The position numbers were made by a program, and so were the translations under genes. Below, in pieces: positions 1-9,110 of a DNA stretch of 64,000 nucleotides. Under the pieces are notes generated by a model, which saw only the letters and a program-made list of their open reading frames with translations, had not been told where the DNA came from and ran no database searches. The DNA is taken from contig CACZFM010000011.1 of NCBI GenBank assembly GCA_902780495.1, forward strand, positions 65,983 to 129,982. Direction: 5' to 3'. The number at the start of each line of letters is the position of its first letter. The stretch's first letter is position 1. The stretch comes from an uncultured Bacteroidales bacterium (GTDB taxonomy: Bacteria; Bacteroidota; Bacteroidia; Bacteroidales; Paludibacteraceae).

Positions 1-405
1 CAAGTGGATGTGGAGACATCCTTACGCCTTCTTACTGCTTTCATACAGGCACATCCTGCCCGTGTGTATGTCACGCAGGGTTTTATCGGCGGAACGGCAG
101 ACGGTATGCGTACCACGCTCGGACGAGAAGGTTCGGACTATTCCGCCGCACTATTCGGCAATATGCTGGATGCAGAGAGTGTCACGCTCTGGAAAGATGT
201 GGACGGTGTGTATAATGCCGACCCGCGAAAGGTGAAAGATGCCCGCTTGCTGCGCCGTCTGACGTATGCCGAAGCGGAAGCCCTCGCCGAACAGGGTGCG
301 CAAATCGTACACCGTAAGACCTTCGCACCCTTGCAACAGAAGCGGATACCGCTGTATGTACGGCCTTTCCTGCATCCCGAACAGGAAGGCACGGTGATAG
401 AGTAG
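1..405 (+). CDS. aspartate-kinase-like amino-acid kinase, C-terminal fragment (5' end lies outside the window)
   Basis: Frame 1 is open from base 1. It carries GREGSDYSAALF and WKDVDGVYNADPRKV, motifs of the aspartokinase catalytic domain. The protein stops right after ...EQEGTVIE, so no ACT domains follow. Confidence 0.75.
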   Translation, partial: QVDVETSLRLLTAFIQAHPARVYVTQGFIGGTADGMRTTLGREGSDYSAALFGNMLDAESVTLWKDVDGVYNADPRKVKDARLLRRLTYAEAEALAEQGAQIVHRKTFAPLQQKRIPLYVRPFLHPEQEGTVIE

Positions 406-456
406 AGAGGGCATTCGGGAAAAACAGAAACCAATGTGTAGAACGAAAAACAAGAT

Positions 457-1356
457 ATGAAACCGACTCTTTTTGTACTTGCTGCCGGTATGGGCAGCCG
501 CTACGGAGGATTAAAACAGATTGACAGTCTCGGACCGAACGGCGAGACCATCATGGATTACAGCGTTTTTGATGCGATGCGTGCCGGATTCGGCAAAGTG
601 GTCTTTGTCATCCGCAAGGATTTTGAAGACGCTTTCCGCGAAGTGGTGCTTTCCAAGTATCAGGACAAGATTCCGTGCGAAGTCTGCTTCCAGTCCATTG
701 ACCGCCTGCCTGCAGGCTATACGTTCAATCCTGACCGTACAAAACCTTGGGGAACCAATCACGCCGTCCTGATGGGCAAAGACCTGATTCATGAACCCTT
801 TGCAGTCATCAATGCAGATGACTTCTATGGCAAAGAGTCCTTTGAGGTGCTGGCGCGTTTCCTGCAGTCGGTGGAAGGAAAAGAAGGGCAGTATTGCATG
901 GTGGGTTACCGCGTACAGAACACGCTGAGCGAGAATGGCAGTGTCAGCCGTGGCGTATGCACCACCGATGCTGATGGCTATCTTACCGGTGTCACCGAGC
1001 GTACCCACATCGAGGATGTTGGCGGCAAAGTGATCTTTACCGAGAACGGAGAAGACACGGTGCTTGACCCGATGACACCCGTTTCTATGAACATGTGGGG
1101 CTTTACGCCGGAGTATTTCCGTTACGCGGAGGAGGCTTTCTGCCGTTTCTTGGATGAGAATAGTCAAGAACTGAAAAAGGAATTCTATATCCCCACTTTG
1201 GTCAACGACCTTATCCAGTCGGGCAAAGCCACCTGCAAAGTGCTGGATACGCCTTCCAAGTGGTTTGGCGTGACGTATTCCGAGGATCGTGAACAAGTGG
1301 TGATGAAGATTAACGCACTGATAAAGAAAGGCGTTTATCCCGAAAAACTATTCTAA
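457..1356 (+). CDS. sugar-phosphate nucleotidyltransferase family protein
   Basis: N-terminal LAAGMGSRYGG signature (GxGxR) of NTP-transferases. 299 aa, adjacent to galE and manA. Confidence 0.8.
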   Translation: MKPTLFVLAAGMGSRYGGLKQIDSLGPNGETIMDYSVFDAMRAGFGKVVFVIRKDFEDAFREVVLSKYQDKIPCEVCFQSIDRLPAGYTFNPDRTKPWGTNHAVLMGKDLIHEPFAVINADDFYGKESFEVLARFLQSVEGKEGQYCMVGYRVQNTLSENGSVSRGVCTTDADGYLTGVTERTHIEDVGGKVIFTENGEDTVLDPMTPVSMNMWGFTPEYFRYAEEAFCRFLDENSQELKKEFYIPTLVNDLIQSGKATCKVLDTPSKWFGVTYSEDREQVVMKINALIKKGVYPEKLF

Positions 1357-1376
1357 CTCATAAAAGCATACATACG

Positions 1377-2405
1377 ATGGCAAGAATCTTGGTGACAGGC
1401 GGTACAGGCTATATCGGTTCGCATACCGTGGTTTGCCTGATGGAACAAGGTTATGATGTAACCATAGTCGATAACCTGAGCAATTCCAATCGTGAGGTGC
1501 TGGATGGCATAACCTCCATCACAGGCCATCGTCCCGATTTTGTGGAGGCGGATTGTCAGGACCGCACGGCTATGGAGCAGGTGTTCACCACCTATCCCGA
1601 CATTCAGGCTGTTATTCATTTCGCGGCCAGTAAGGCTGTGGGTGAGTCGGTGGAAAAACCATTGCTTTACTATCGTAACAATGTGCTTTCTTTGCTCACG
1701 GTGCTTGAAACCATGCAGCGTCATGGTGTAAACAATATCGTTTTCTCATCCTCCTGCACCGTTTATGGTCAGCCAGACGAGGCACATCTGCCCGTGGATG
1801 AGACGGCTCCGCGCCAACAGGCTCTTTCGCCATACGGCAACACCAAACAGATTAACGAGGATATCCTTACCGATGCGGCTCATGCCGACAAGGCGTTACG
1901 TGTCATACTGCTCCGCTATTTCAATCCCATCGGGGCACATCCGTCAGCCAAGATAGGCGAACTGCCCAACGGCGTGCCGAATAACCTCTTGCCTTTCGTT
2001 ACGCAGACAGCTGCCGGACTTCGTCCCATGTTGCGGGTGTTCGGCGATGATTACAATACGCCGGACGGCTCCTGTATCCGTGACTATATCTATGTCATGG
2101 ACCTTGCCAAAGCGCATGTCAAGGCTGTTGACCGCTTGCTGGCTGCCACAGCCTCCGAACAGGTGGAAGTATTCAACCTCGGCACCGGTCGTGGACTGAG
2201 CGTGTTGGAAATTGTGCGCACGTTCATCGAAGTGACAGGGCAGAATGTTCCTTACGAGATTGTCGGTCGCCGTGAAGGGGATATTGAGCAAGTGTGGGCG
2301 AATCCCGCAAAAGCCAACCGTGTGTTAGGATGGAAAGCCGATACACCCGTTGCGGATGTGCTGCTTTCTGCCTGGAACTGGGAAAAACATATCCGTGGAA
2401 TCTGA
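1377..2405 (+). CDS. galE: UDP-glucose 4-epimerase
   Basis: GGTGYIGSH Rossmann motif and the YGNTK catalytic YxxxK. 342 aa, typical GalE length. Confidence 0.92.
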   Translation: MARILVTGGTGYIGSHTVVCLMEQGYDVTIVDNLSNSNREVLDGITSITGHRPDFVEADCQDRTAMEQVFTTYPDIQAVIHFAASKAVGESVEKPLLYYRNNVLSLLTVLETMQRHGVNNIVFSSSCTVYGQPDEAHLPVDETAPRQQALSPYGNTKQINEDILTDAAHADKALRVILLRYFNPIGAHPSAKIGELPNGVPNNLLPFVTQTAAGLRPMLRVFGDDYNTPDGSCIRDYIYVMDLAKAHVKAVDRLLAATASEQVEVFNLGTGRGLSVLEIVRTFIEVTGQNVPYEIVGRREGDIEQVWANPAKANRVLGWKADTPVADVLLSAWNWEKHIRGI

Positions 2406-2433
2406 TTCTATTCACCGCAAAAGCAACGATACG

Positions 2434-3363
2434 ATGGCAATGTTATATCCTTTGAAATTCCAACCTATTACCAAACCCAAAGTGTGGGGTTCGGAAACTT
2501 GGGCACTGTCCGGCTATGGCGATGACGAATCGGTGGTGGCCAATGGTTTCTTGAAAGACAATCTGCTCTCGGAAGTGCAGGAAATCTATATGGATGAACT
2601 GGTGGGCGGAAAAGTGTACGACCGTTTCGGAAACTTCTTCCCGCTCCTTTTCAAATTCATTGATGCCAAAGACGATTTGAGCATCCAAGTGCATCCCACC
2701 GACGAACAAGCGGCTGCTGAAGAGCAGTTGGGTAAAACGGAGATGTGGTATGTCACCGAGGCGGAATCGGATGCAACCATTATCCTCGGTTTCTCACGCG
2801 ATACAACTGAACAAGAAGTGCGCCGTCGTTTGGAGGATGACACCGTATTGGATGTGTTGCAAGTAACGCCCGTACGGAAAGGCGATGTGGCGTTTATCCC
2901 CGCAGGCAGGGTACATGCGTTGCGACGGGGTACACAGGTGGCGGAGATTCAGGAGACCAGTGACCTTACGTATCGCTTGTACGATTACCATCGTCCCGGT
3001 TTGGACGGCAAACTCCGCCCTTTGCATGTGGAGGAGTCGATGCGTTGCCTGGATTTCAAGGCACTTTCCGAACCGCTGACGGAATATCCGCGTAGGGACG
3101 GGCTGACCACGCTGGTGCGGGACTCTCATTTCGTGACCAATATGCTGCAACTCAGTCATGCCGTAGAGCGTGATTATGCGAAATTGGATTCCTTCGTGGT
3201 TTATATGTGCGTGGAAGGAAGTGTTACCATCCATTGTCCGGATACCGATTGCGAGGATGTATCCTTGCAGCAGGGTGAAACACTGCTTGTTCCGGCAGTC
3301 ATAAATGATGTGGTGCTTACGCCACACCCCACCGCCAAACTGCTGGAGGTTTTTGTAGATTAG
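2434..3363 (+). CDS. manA: mannose-6-phosphate isomerase, type I
   Basis: LSIQVHP, KTEMWYV and AGRVHAL metal-site motifs. Start moved to the ATG at 2434 (MAMLYPLKF), because the upstream part of the ORF overlaps the galE 3' end. Confidence 0.85.
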   Translation: MAMLYPLKFQPITKPKVWGSETWALSGYGDDESVVANGFLKDNLLSEVQEIYMDELVGGKVYDRFGNFFPLLFKFIDAKDDLSIQVHPTDEQAAAEEQLGKTEMWYVTEAESDATIILGFSRDTTEQEVRRRLEDDTVLDVLQVTPVRKGDVAFIPAGRVHALRRGTQVAEIQETSDLTYRLYDYHRPGLDGKLRPLHVEESMRCLDFKALSEPLTEYPRRDGLTTLVRDSHFVTNMLQLSHAVERDYAKLDSFVVYMCVEGSVTIHCPDTDCEDVSLQQGETLLVPAVINDVVLTPHPTAKLLEVFVD

Positions 3364-3403
3364 TATTTGTTCCAACAAAAAAGATAGAAAAAATAGAAAT
3401 CGT

Positions 3404-4009
3404 ATGTTATTTGAGAGTCAGATAAGAGACCTTATGCGGGTATTACCGTATTTCCGGATAGAGAAGAAGAAAGCCGAATTGCGAGGCTTGGATAGCCAGC
3501 AACGCCGTGTGATGACCCCTGAGCAAGTTCGGGAAGGTTCGGAAAAGATATGCGAACGTATTGCCGAAATGCAGGCATTCCAAAATGCCAAAACCGTGAT
3601 GGTGTATTATCCTATTCACAACGAAGTGGATCTCCGTCCGTTGGTGACCAAATACCACGATGAAAAGCATTTCCTGTTGCCTGCCACTTTGTCGGAGCAC
3701 CAGATGGAAGTGCGCGAATATATTAAGGGTGAACCGCTGCGGAAAGGACGTTTCGGCATTCCGGAGCCTCAAACCCCGATATGGACAGGTGAGGTGGATT
3801 TGATTATCGTTCCCGGTGTCGCGTTTGACAAAGACATGCACCGTCTGGGTCGAGGTGGCGGTTATTACGACCGTTTCCTCCAGCGCGTTAAAGCCACCAC
3901 GCGGGTAGGAGTATGCTACGACTTCCAACTGCACGAACTCATCCCATCGGCTGCGCACGATGTGTTGATGAATCGTATCGTTACTCCCACACTGACAATA
4001 GCCAAGTAA
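3404..4009 (+). CDS. 5-formyltetrahydrofolate cyclo-ligase
   Basis: LIIVPGVAFDKDMHRLGRGGGYYDRFL is the hallmark MTHFS motif. The exact start is uncertain (a second in-frame Met lies at residue 11). Confidence 0.85.
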   Translation: MLFESQIRDLMRVLPYFRIEKKKAELRGLDSQQRRVMTPEQVREGSEKICERIAEMQAFQNAKTVMVYYPIHNEVDLRPLVTKYHDEKHFLLPATLSEHQMEVREYIKGEPLRKGRFGIPEPQTPIWTGEVDLIIVPGVAFDKDMHRLGRGGGYYDRFLQRVKATTRVGVCYDFQLHELIPSAAHDVLMNRIVTPTLTIAK

Positions 4010-4013
4010 CTTG

Positions 4014-4766
4014 TTATAGCAACGAAAGTTGTGCGTCTGCTGCCTGCTGGAGATGACGATCGGTCTCCTCAGTCAGTTTGGACTCGTTTTTACGGTAGTA
4101 GTAAATGACACCGTAGTTCTGACATGCTTTCATTTTGGCATAGGGCAGAAGATTCTTGTAATGTTCTTCCACTTGGTTCCATATGTCCAAAATGATTCGG
4201 TCTGCTTCTTGGCGCAGATTGTCCAGACCTTCCCACGTGCGTGTTTCGGTCTTTCTGTGCATGTTCTGATTGACCTGATTCTCTTTGAAGATATCGTAAT
4301 GCACCCTCACTTTGTTGATAGTCGGATTGTAGATGGGGAATCCTCCTTGTGCGATACGAGCCTGCTCGCCTTCGATAATGTTTTTACCCCATACTAGCAA
4401 ATCCTCTTCGGTGACAAGTTCTGGCAGAACATGTAAATCCGGGTCAAGATGATAGAGCTTTTTCTGCTCCTTTTTTATTTCCCCTCTGACAACGGCAAGG
4501 TTCAGCACCTGAATAAAATGGGAGATATACATTCTCGCATTCTGCACCATTTTGCGATATTGCCTGCCAGCAGATACACGGCTGTTGAAGTTGTTCTGAT
4601 ACTGGCAGACTTGGTTTTCAAACTGCAAGACAAATCTTTGCGCTTCTGTCAAGGTGGAGTACTGCAACACATGGTTGCTGTATTCCTCTTCACTTGCCCG
4701 TTGTACTGCTTTTTGCAATGCTTTCAGACGGGCTTGGTCGGTGTTCGGAAGTCGACGGTAAGGCAT
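4014..4766 (-). CDS. conserved hypothetical protein
   Basis: 250-aa ORF with normal composition (MPYRRLPNTDQARLKALQKA...). I recognise no motif. Confidence 0.6.
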   Translation of the reverse strand: MPYRRLPNTDQARLKALQKAVQRASEEEYSNHVLQYSTLTEAQRFVLQFENQVCQYQNNFNSRVSAGRQYRKMVQNARMYISHFIQVLNLAVVRGEIKKEQKKLYHLDPDLHVLPELVTEEDLLVWGKNIIEGEQARIAQGGFPIYNPTINKVRVHYDIFKENQVNQNMHRKTETRTWEGLDNLRQEADRIILDIWNQVEEHYKNLLPYAKMKACQNYGVIYYYRKNESKLTEETDRHLQQAADAQLSLL

Positions 4767-4796
4767 AGTTGTAAGGGGTGTTAAGTGGGTTTGTAT

Positions 4797-5744
4797 TTAC
4801 TTTGTTCGGTTGGCCATTTGTTCTGCCAGGTTGCGCAGTTGTTCCCGCACGGTGTTGTCGGGTAGGGTGGCCAGTTCGCGGATAGCCGTTTGTGTATGTT
4901 CGCGTATGGCATCTTCAGCATCCTTGCAGACATTGAGACGGTCGTAGATAGCCGTTACGGCACGGATTTTCTCTTTGGGTTCGGTGTCTTGGCGTGCCAG
5001 TTGCGTTTTCAGTTCCTGCAGCGTTGCCGCATCTGCTTTGTGCAAGGCAGTCAGCAACATGAAACTCTTTTTCCCGCACAGGATGTCGCCACCGATAGCT
5101 TTGCCGAAGGTCTTTTCGTCACCATACACATCCAACAGGTCATCCTGTATCTGGAATGCCAGTCCCAGATGAATGCCGTAGTTGTAAAGGTGCTGTGTAC
5201 TCTGTGGGTCTGCACCGGCTATGTAGGCGCCTGTCTGCAAAGCATTGCCAAGCAGCACGGAGGTCTTCAGGCGAATCATCTCGATGTATTCCGCCATGCT
5301 TACATCCTCGCGGCTCTCGTAATCAACGTCATACTGCTGTCCTTCGCATATCTCGGTAGCCATTAGGTTGAACCATCGTAGCACTTGTGGCAGTTTGTCC
5401 TCTTTCACCTGAGACAGGAGTTTATAGGCTTCTATCATCATTTGGTCACCGGAAAGGATGGCGGTGTTGTCATTCCATTTCACATGCACGGTGGGGCGTC
5501 CACGGCGCACATCGGCTCTGTCCATCACATCATCATGCAGCAGGGTGAAATTGTGGAATACTTCCAGTGCCAAGGCAGCGGGCAGCACATCTTCTTCTTT
5601 TCCGCCGAACAATTCTGCGGCCAGCAGTGCCAGAGTGGGGCGCAAGCGTTTGCCGCCGGAAGCCAGCGTGTAGGCAATCGGTTCGTATAGACCTTGCGGC
5701 TCTTTGGTCCAGTCCAATCGGGCTATTGCGGTGTTGATATCCAT
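4797..5744 (-). CDS. polyprenyl diphosphate synthase (trans-isoprenyl diphosphate synthase family)
   Basis: First and second Asp-rich motifs, LLHDDVMD and IQDDLLD. Confidence 0.9.
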   Translation of the reverse strand: MDINTAIARLDWTKEPQGLYEPIAYTLASGGKRLRPTLALLAAELFGGKEEDVLPAALALEVFHNFTLLHDDVMDRADVRRGRPTVHVKWNDNTAILSGDQMMIEAYKLLSQVKEDKLPQVLRWFNLMATEICEGQQYDVDYESREDVSMAEYIEMIRLKTSVLLGNALQTGAYIAGADPQSTQHLYNYGIHLGLAFQIQDDLLDVYGDEKTFGKAIGGDILCGKKSFMLLTALHKADAATLQELKTQLARQDTEPKEKIRAVTAIYDRLNVCKDAEDAIREHTQTAIRELATLPDNTVREQLRNLAEQMANRTK

Positions 5745-5753
5745 TGTGTGTGT

Positions 5754-6752
5754 TTATTTCCCGTTTTCGATGATATCGGTCAGTACATCTTTGATGTCCA
5801 GTCCGGCAGCGCGTACCTGTTGCGGAATGAACGATGTGGCAGTCATTCCGGGTGTGGTGTTCACCTCCAGCAGGTTGATATCCACATCGCTTGAGTTGTG
5901 GTCAGGCTCTTGACCGGCTTTCTTGGGCGTCAGAATATAGTCCACACGGATGATACCGTTGCAACCTAATATATCATACAGCCTAAGGGTCAGGGCTTGC
6001 ACTTTGTCACGTATCTCATCGGGGATGCGGGCCGGCGTTATTTCTTGCACTTGCCCGTTGTACTTGGCATCATAGTCGAAGAACTCGTTCTCGCTCACCA
6101 CTTCCGTCACAGGGAATGCCACTTCGTTCTTGCTTGTCTTATAGACGCCGCACGTCACTTCGGTGCCGTTCATAAATGCCTCGCAAATCACCTCATTGCC
6201 TTCTTTGAATGCCAGTTGTATGGCGGGCATGATGGCTTCGCGTGTCTTTACTTTGGTGCAACCGAAACTGCTGCCGCCCACATTGCTCTTGATGAAGCAG
6301 GGCAGGCCTACTGTGGCAATAATGCGGTCTTCGATATCCGTTTGGCTCCAGTGTTCTTCGGTGCCCGCGCCGCCTTGCACCATTGTCCCGTTGTCACGCA
6401 ATAGGATGGAGCGCGCAATGCGATAGCCGAAGTTCTGCAGGTAATGGTTACATGCAAACTTATTGAACGTCATCGATGCAGGCAGCACTCCGCAGCAACT
6501 ATATGGAATGTGCATCATGTCCAGATAGCCTTGCAACAGACCGTTCTCACCGGGCGTACCGTGAATGGTGATATACGCATAGTCATAGTCGCGGAGGCGG
6601 CTCAGAGTGTCTATGTCGGCTCCTTGCAGTTCCACGATGGTTACATCATATTTCTCCTTGTCCATAAAGGAGAGGATGCCTTGTGCGCTGCGCAGCGATA
6701 CATCGTGTTCCGAACTGTCACCGCCGGCTACGATTGCAATCTTGCGTTTCAT
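5754..6752 (-). CDS. ddl: D-alanine--D-alanine ligase
   Basis: KIAIVAGGDSSEHDVSLRSA N-terminus, ATP-grasp body and LLEVNTTPGMT C-terminal motif. Confidence 0.9.
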   Translation of the reverse strand: MKRKIAIVAGGDSSEHDVSLRSAQGILSFMDKEKYDVTIVELQGADIDTLSRLRDYDYAYITIHGTPGENGLLQGYLDMMHIPYSCCGVLPASMTFNKFACNHYLQNFGYRIARSILLRDNGTMVQGGAGTEEHWSQTDIEDRIIATVGLPCFIKSNVGGSSFGCTKVKTREAIMPAIQLAFKEGNEVICEAFMNGTEVTCGVYKTSKNEVAFPVTEVVSENEFFDYDAKYNGQVQEITPARIPDEIRDKVQALTLRLYDILGCNGIIRVDYILTPKKAGQEPDHNSSDVDINLLEVNTTPGMTATSFIPQQVRAAGLDIKDVLTDIIENGK

Positions 6753-6785
6753 ACGTCTTGGGGTTTAATGGGTTGTTTATTCGGG

Positions 6786-8564
6786 TTAGATGCCGAACGC
6801 TTTCTTTATCTCCGGCATACGGTTTTCTGCTTCCGCTGTGGCGCGCTCGTAGTCTGCGGGCGAAGTCATCGTAGCAGGTATCTCGAAGTAGTATTTGATT
6901 TTCGGCTCTGTGCCTGATGGACGCACGCTGGCTTTGATGCCGCCTTCCGTGAAGTATTGCAGCACATTGGATGTGGCGCCCAGGGCCATGTCTATCTTGC
7001 TCTCCACCCATTTGCCGTCTTTCAGGTCGCGGCGGACAAGGGTCTTATAGTCTTTTGTGCAGATTACTTTCTCGCCTGCTATCTCGGTCAAGGGCTGTTG
7101 GCGGTAGTTGGTCATCATCTGTGCTATCTCTTCGGCACCTGTTTTGCCGGGGCGAACCACGTTGATGGACACTTCACGCTGGAAGCCGTACTCCATGTAG
7201 ATATTCATCAAGTACTGGTACAGACTCATACCATGGTCTTTCGCGTATGCGGCTATTTCGCAGATGAGGCAGATGGCAGATGGCGAACATTTGTCACGCA
7301 CTTTGTCGTAAGCCAGGAAACCGAAACTCTCTTCTCCTCCACCGATGTATTTGCGGTCTTTCTCCCACATCCGAATACGGTTTGCAATCCACTTGAAACC
7401 GGTGTATTCATCGGTCAGCGTCACGCCTTGGCGGTCGGCAATACGGCGGATTACTTCGCTGGTTACGATGGTCTTCACCAGATACATGTCGGGAGTCATC
7501 TTGCCCAGTGCTTTCATGTTGTTGATGATGTAGTAGCAGTACATCATGCAAGTCTGATTACCGTTGATGATGGTCCATTCGCCTTTGTCGTTACGTGCCA
7601 CGATAGCGATACGGTCGGCATCGGGGTCGCTGGCGATGACCAAATCGGCATTCAGTTTGGTGCCCAGCGCCATACCCATGGTCATGGCTTCCGAGTTTTC
7701 GGGATTGGGGCTTTTTACGGTCGGGAAATTGCCGTCAATCACCATCTGTTCGGGCACTACATGGATGTTCTGGAATCCCCATGAACGCAGGCACATCGGG
7801 ATGATTTGTCGTCCTGTGCCGTGGAGCGGGGTATAAACGATGTTCAGGTCTTTCTGGTTCAGGATGGACTGTTGGTCTATCATCACGCTTTTTACGGCCA
7901 TCATGTAGTTGTAGTCCATCTCACCGCCGATTATCTCTATCAGGTCTTTGTCACCGCCGCGTTTCACATCGCGCATCTGCACTTTGTTCACTTCGTCAAT
8001 GATACCTTGGTCATGCGGTTGCAGCACTTGTGAACCGTCTTCCCAGTAGGCCTTGTAGCCGTTGTATTCTTTGGGGTTGTGCGAAGCGGTCACGTTCACG
8101 CCGCCTTGGCATTTCAAGTCGCGGATGGCGAAACTTACTTCCGGTGTCGGGCGCAGGCTCTCGAACAGATATACTTTGATGCCGTTGGCAGCGAACACAT
8201 CTGCCACGGTCTCTGCGAACAATCGTCCGTTGTTACGGCAGTCGTGGCATACCACAACGCTTGGGCGTCCGCCTTTCTCCAGTGTCTCAAAACCGCCTTC
8301 GCGGGCTATTTTGTTCAGGTAGTTGGCATATCCTTGTGTGGCTTGGGCTACGATGTATTTGTTCATGCGGTTGGTGCCCGGACCCATGATACCGCGCAGA
8401 CCGCCTGTACCGAACTCCAGCGTGCGGTAGAACGAGTCTATCAACTCACTCTTATCTTCTGCGTCCAGCATCTGCTGAACAGCCGTACGTGTCTCTTCGT
8501 CAAACTCTTTACCTGTCCATACTTTCGCCGTGGCGATAATTTGTTTCAACTCTTCGTTTTCCAT
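6786..8564 (-). CDS. phosphoglucomutase / phosphomannomutase family protein
   Basis: GTGGLRG and the TASHNPKEYNGYK active-site serine loop. 592 aa. Confidence 0.9.
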   Translation of the reverse strand: MENEELKQIIATAKVWTGKEFDEETRTAVQQMLDAEDKSELIDSFYRTLEFGTGGLRGIMGPGTNRMNKYIVAQATQGYANYLNKIAREGGFETLEKGGRPSVVVCHDCRNNGRLFAETVADVFAANGIKVYLFESLRPTPEVSFAIRDLKCQGGVNVTASHNPKEYNGYKAYWEDGSQVLQPHDQGIIDEVNKVQMRDVKRGGDKDLIEIIGGEMDYNYMMAVKSVMIDQQSILNQKDLNIVYTPLHGTGRQIIPMCLRSWGFQNIHVVPEQMVIDGNFPTVKSPNPENSEAMTMGMALGTKLNADLVIASDPDADRIAIVARNDKGEWTIINGNQTCMMYCYYIINNMKALGKMTPDMYLVKTIVTSEVIRRIADRQGVTLTDEYTGFKWIANRIRMWEKDRKYIGGGEESFGFLAYDKVRDKCSPSAICLICEIAAYAKDHGMSLYQYLMNIYMEYGFQREVSINVVRPGKTGAEEIAQMMTNYRQQPLTEIAGEKVICTKDYKTLVRRDLKDGKWVESKIDMALGATSNVLQYFTEGGIKASVRPSGTEPKIKYYFEIPATMTSPADYERATAEAENRMPEIKKAFGI

Positions 8565-8603
8565 AGTGCGTATATGTTTTTATATAGTATTCCAAATTTG
8601 CCG

Positions 8604-8634
8604 CAAAGGTAATACTTTTTTTTGAATTGTGCAA
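8604..8634 (-). promoter_or_regulatory. Bacteroidetes-type promoter (TTG, 20 nt, TAccTTTG) for the phosphoglucomutase gene
   Basis: Minus strand reads ttgcacaattcaaaaaaaagtattacctttgc. A 32-bp stretch is identical to 42703-42734. Confidence 0.65.
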
Positions 8635-8670
8635 ATATTTTTGCAAAAAAAGCATTTATACACCGCTTGA

Positions 8671-8856
8671 CAATAAACAGCGCGAAGCGCGGCTCGCTTA
8701 CGAGCGACATACGGGACGATAGAGATGTTGTTTTGTAAAACGCGGATTATCACGGGACCATCTACCGATAATATGCCAATAAAATCTGCCCTACAGACCC
8801 ATGTCTAATAGAACTGTAACGGTATAGAGTGGTAACGGAGTGGTAAGGTAGGCACC
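8671..8856. repeat. modular intergenic repeat, copy A (modules M1 8671-8682, M2 8699-8723, M3 8737-8771, M4 8826-8856)
   Basis: Shares caataaacagcg, tacgagcgacNtacgggacgataga, aaaacgcgNattatcacgggacNatctaccNataa and agagtggtaacggagtggtaaggtaggcNcc with copies at 20.6, 22.7, 42.8 and 63.9 kb. Confidence 0.8.
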
Positions 8857-9009
8857 TTCAAAGGAGCAGATAAATGATGCCAAAAGTCTAAAAATTGCGT
8901 ATTCATACCTTTCATTTTTTTAGTCCGTCCGACTGACCGACTGCGCAACGCGCGTAGCACACGCTTAATGACAACTACGTTGTGGTCGGTCGGTCAGACT
9001 TTCTTTGTA

Positions 9010-9101
9010 ATTTCTTTTTGGTTCTTTTTCTTTATCTACTTTCTTTCATCCGAGCAGTGCCACTCTTGACGAATGACGCTGCAAAAGTAGTGCTTTTTTC
9101 C
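9010..9101. repeat. polypyrimidine-rich repeat, copy 1 of 2 (partner at 20978-21068)
   Basis: atttctttttggttctttttctttatc...gtgccactcttgacgaatgacgctgc aligns by eye with 20978-21068. This copy ends in a reverse-oriented promoter-like box (rc ggaaaaaagcactacttttgcagcg). Confidence 0.65.
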
Positions 9102-9110
9102 GATACAGTT

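Noticed and set aside
2350-2433. Upstream extension of the manA ORF.
   Set aside because: It overlaps the galE 3' end, and the sequence MRMCCFLPGTG... is not part of known phosphomannose isomerases. The ATG at 2434 gives the canonical N-terminus. The same logic led me to trim 10812, 21404, 31509-32306, 36449-37576, 38944, 41430-42776, 45701, 49340 and 52292.
8603-8634. A mobile promoter element explaining the 32-bp identity with 42703-42734.
   Set aside because: There are no terminal repeats or target duplications around the identical block, and the sequence is essentially the organism's promoter consensus with an A-rich spacer. It is reported only as an observation, not as a mobile element.
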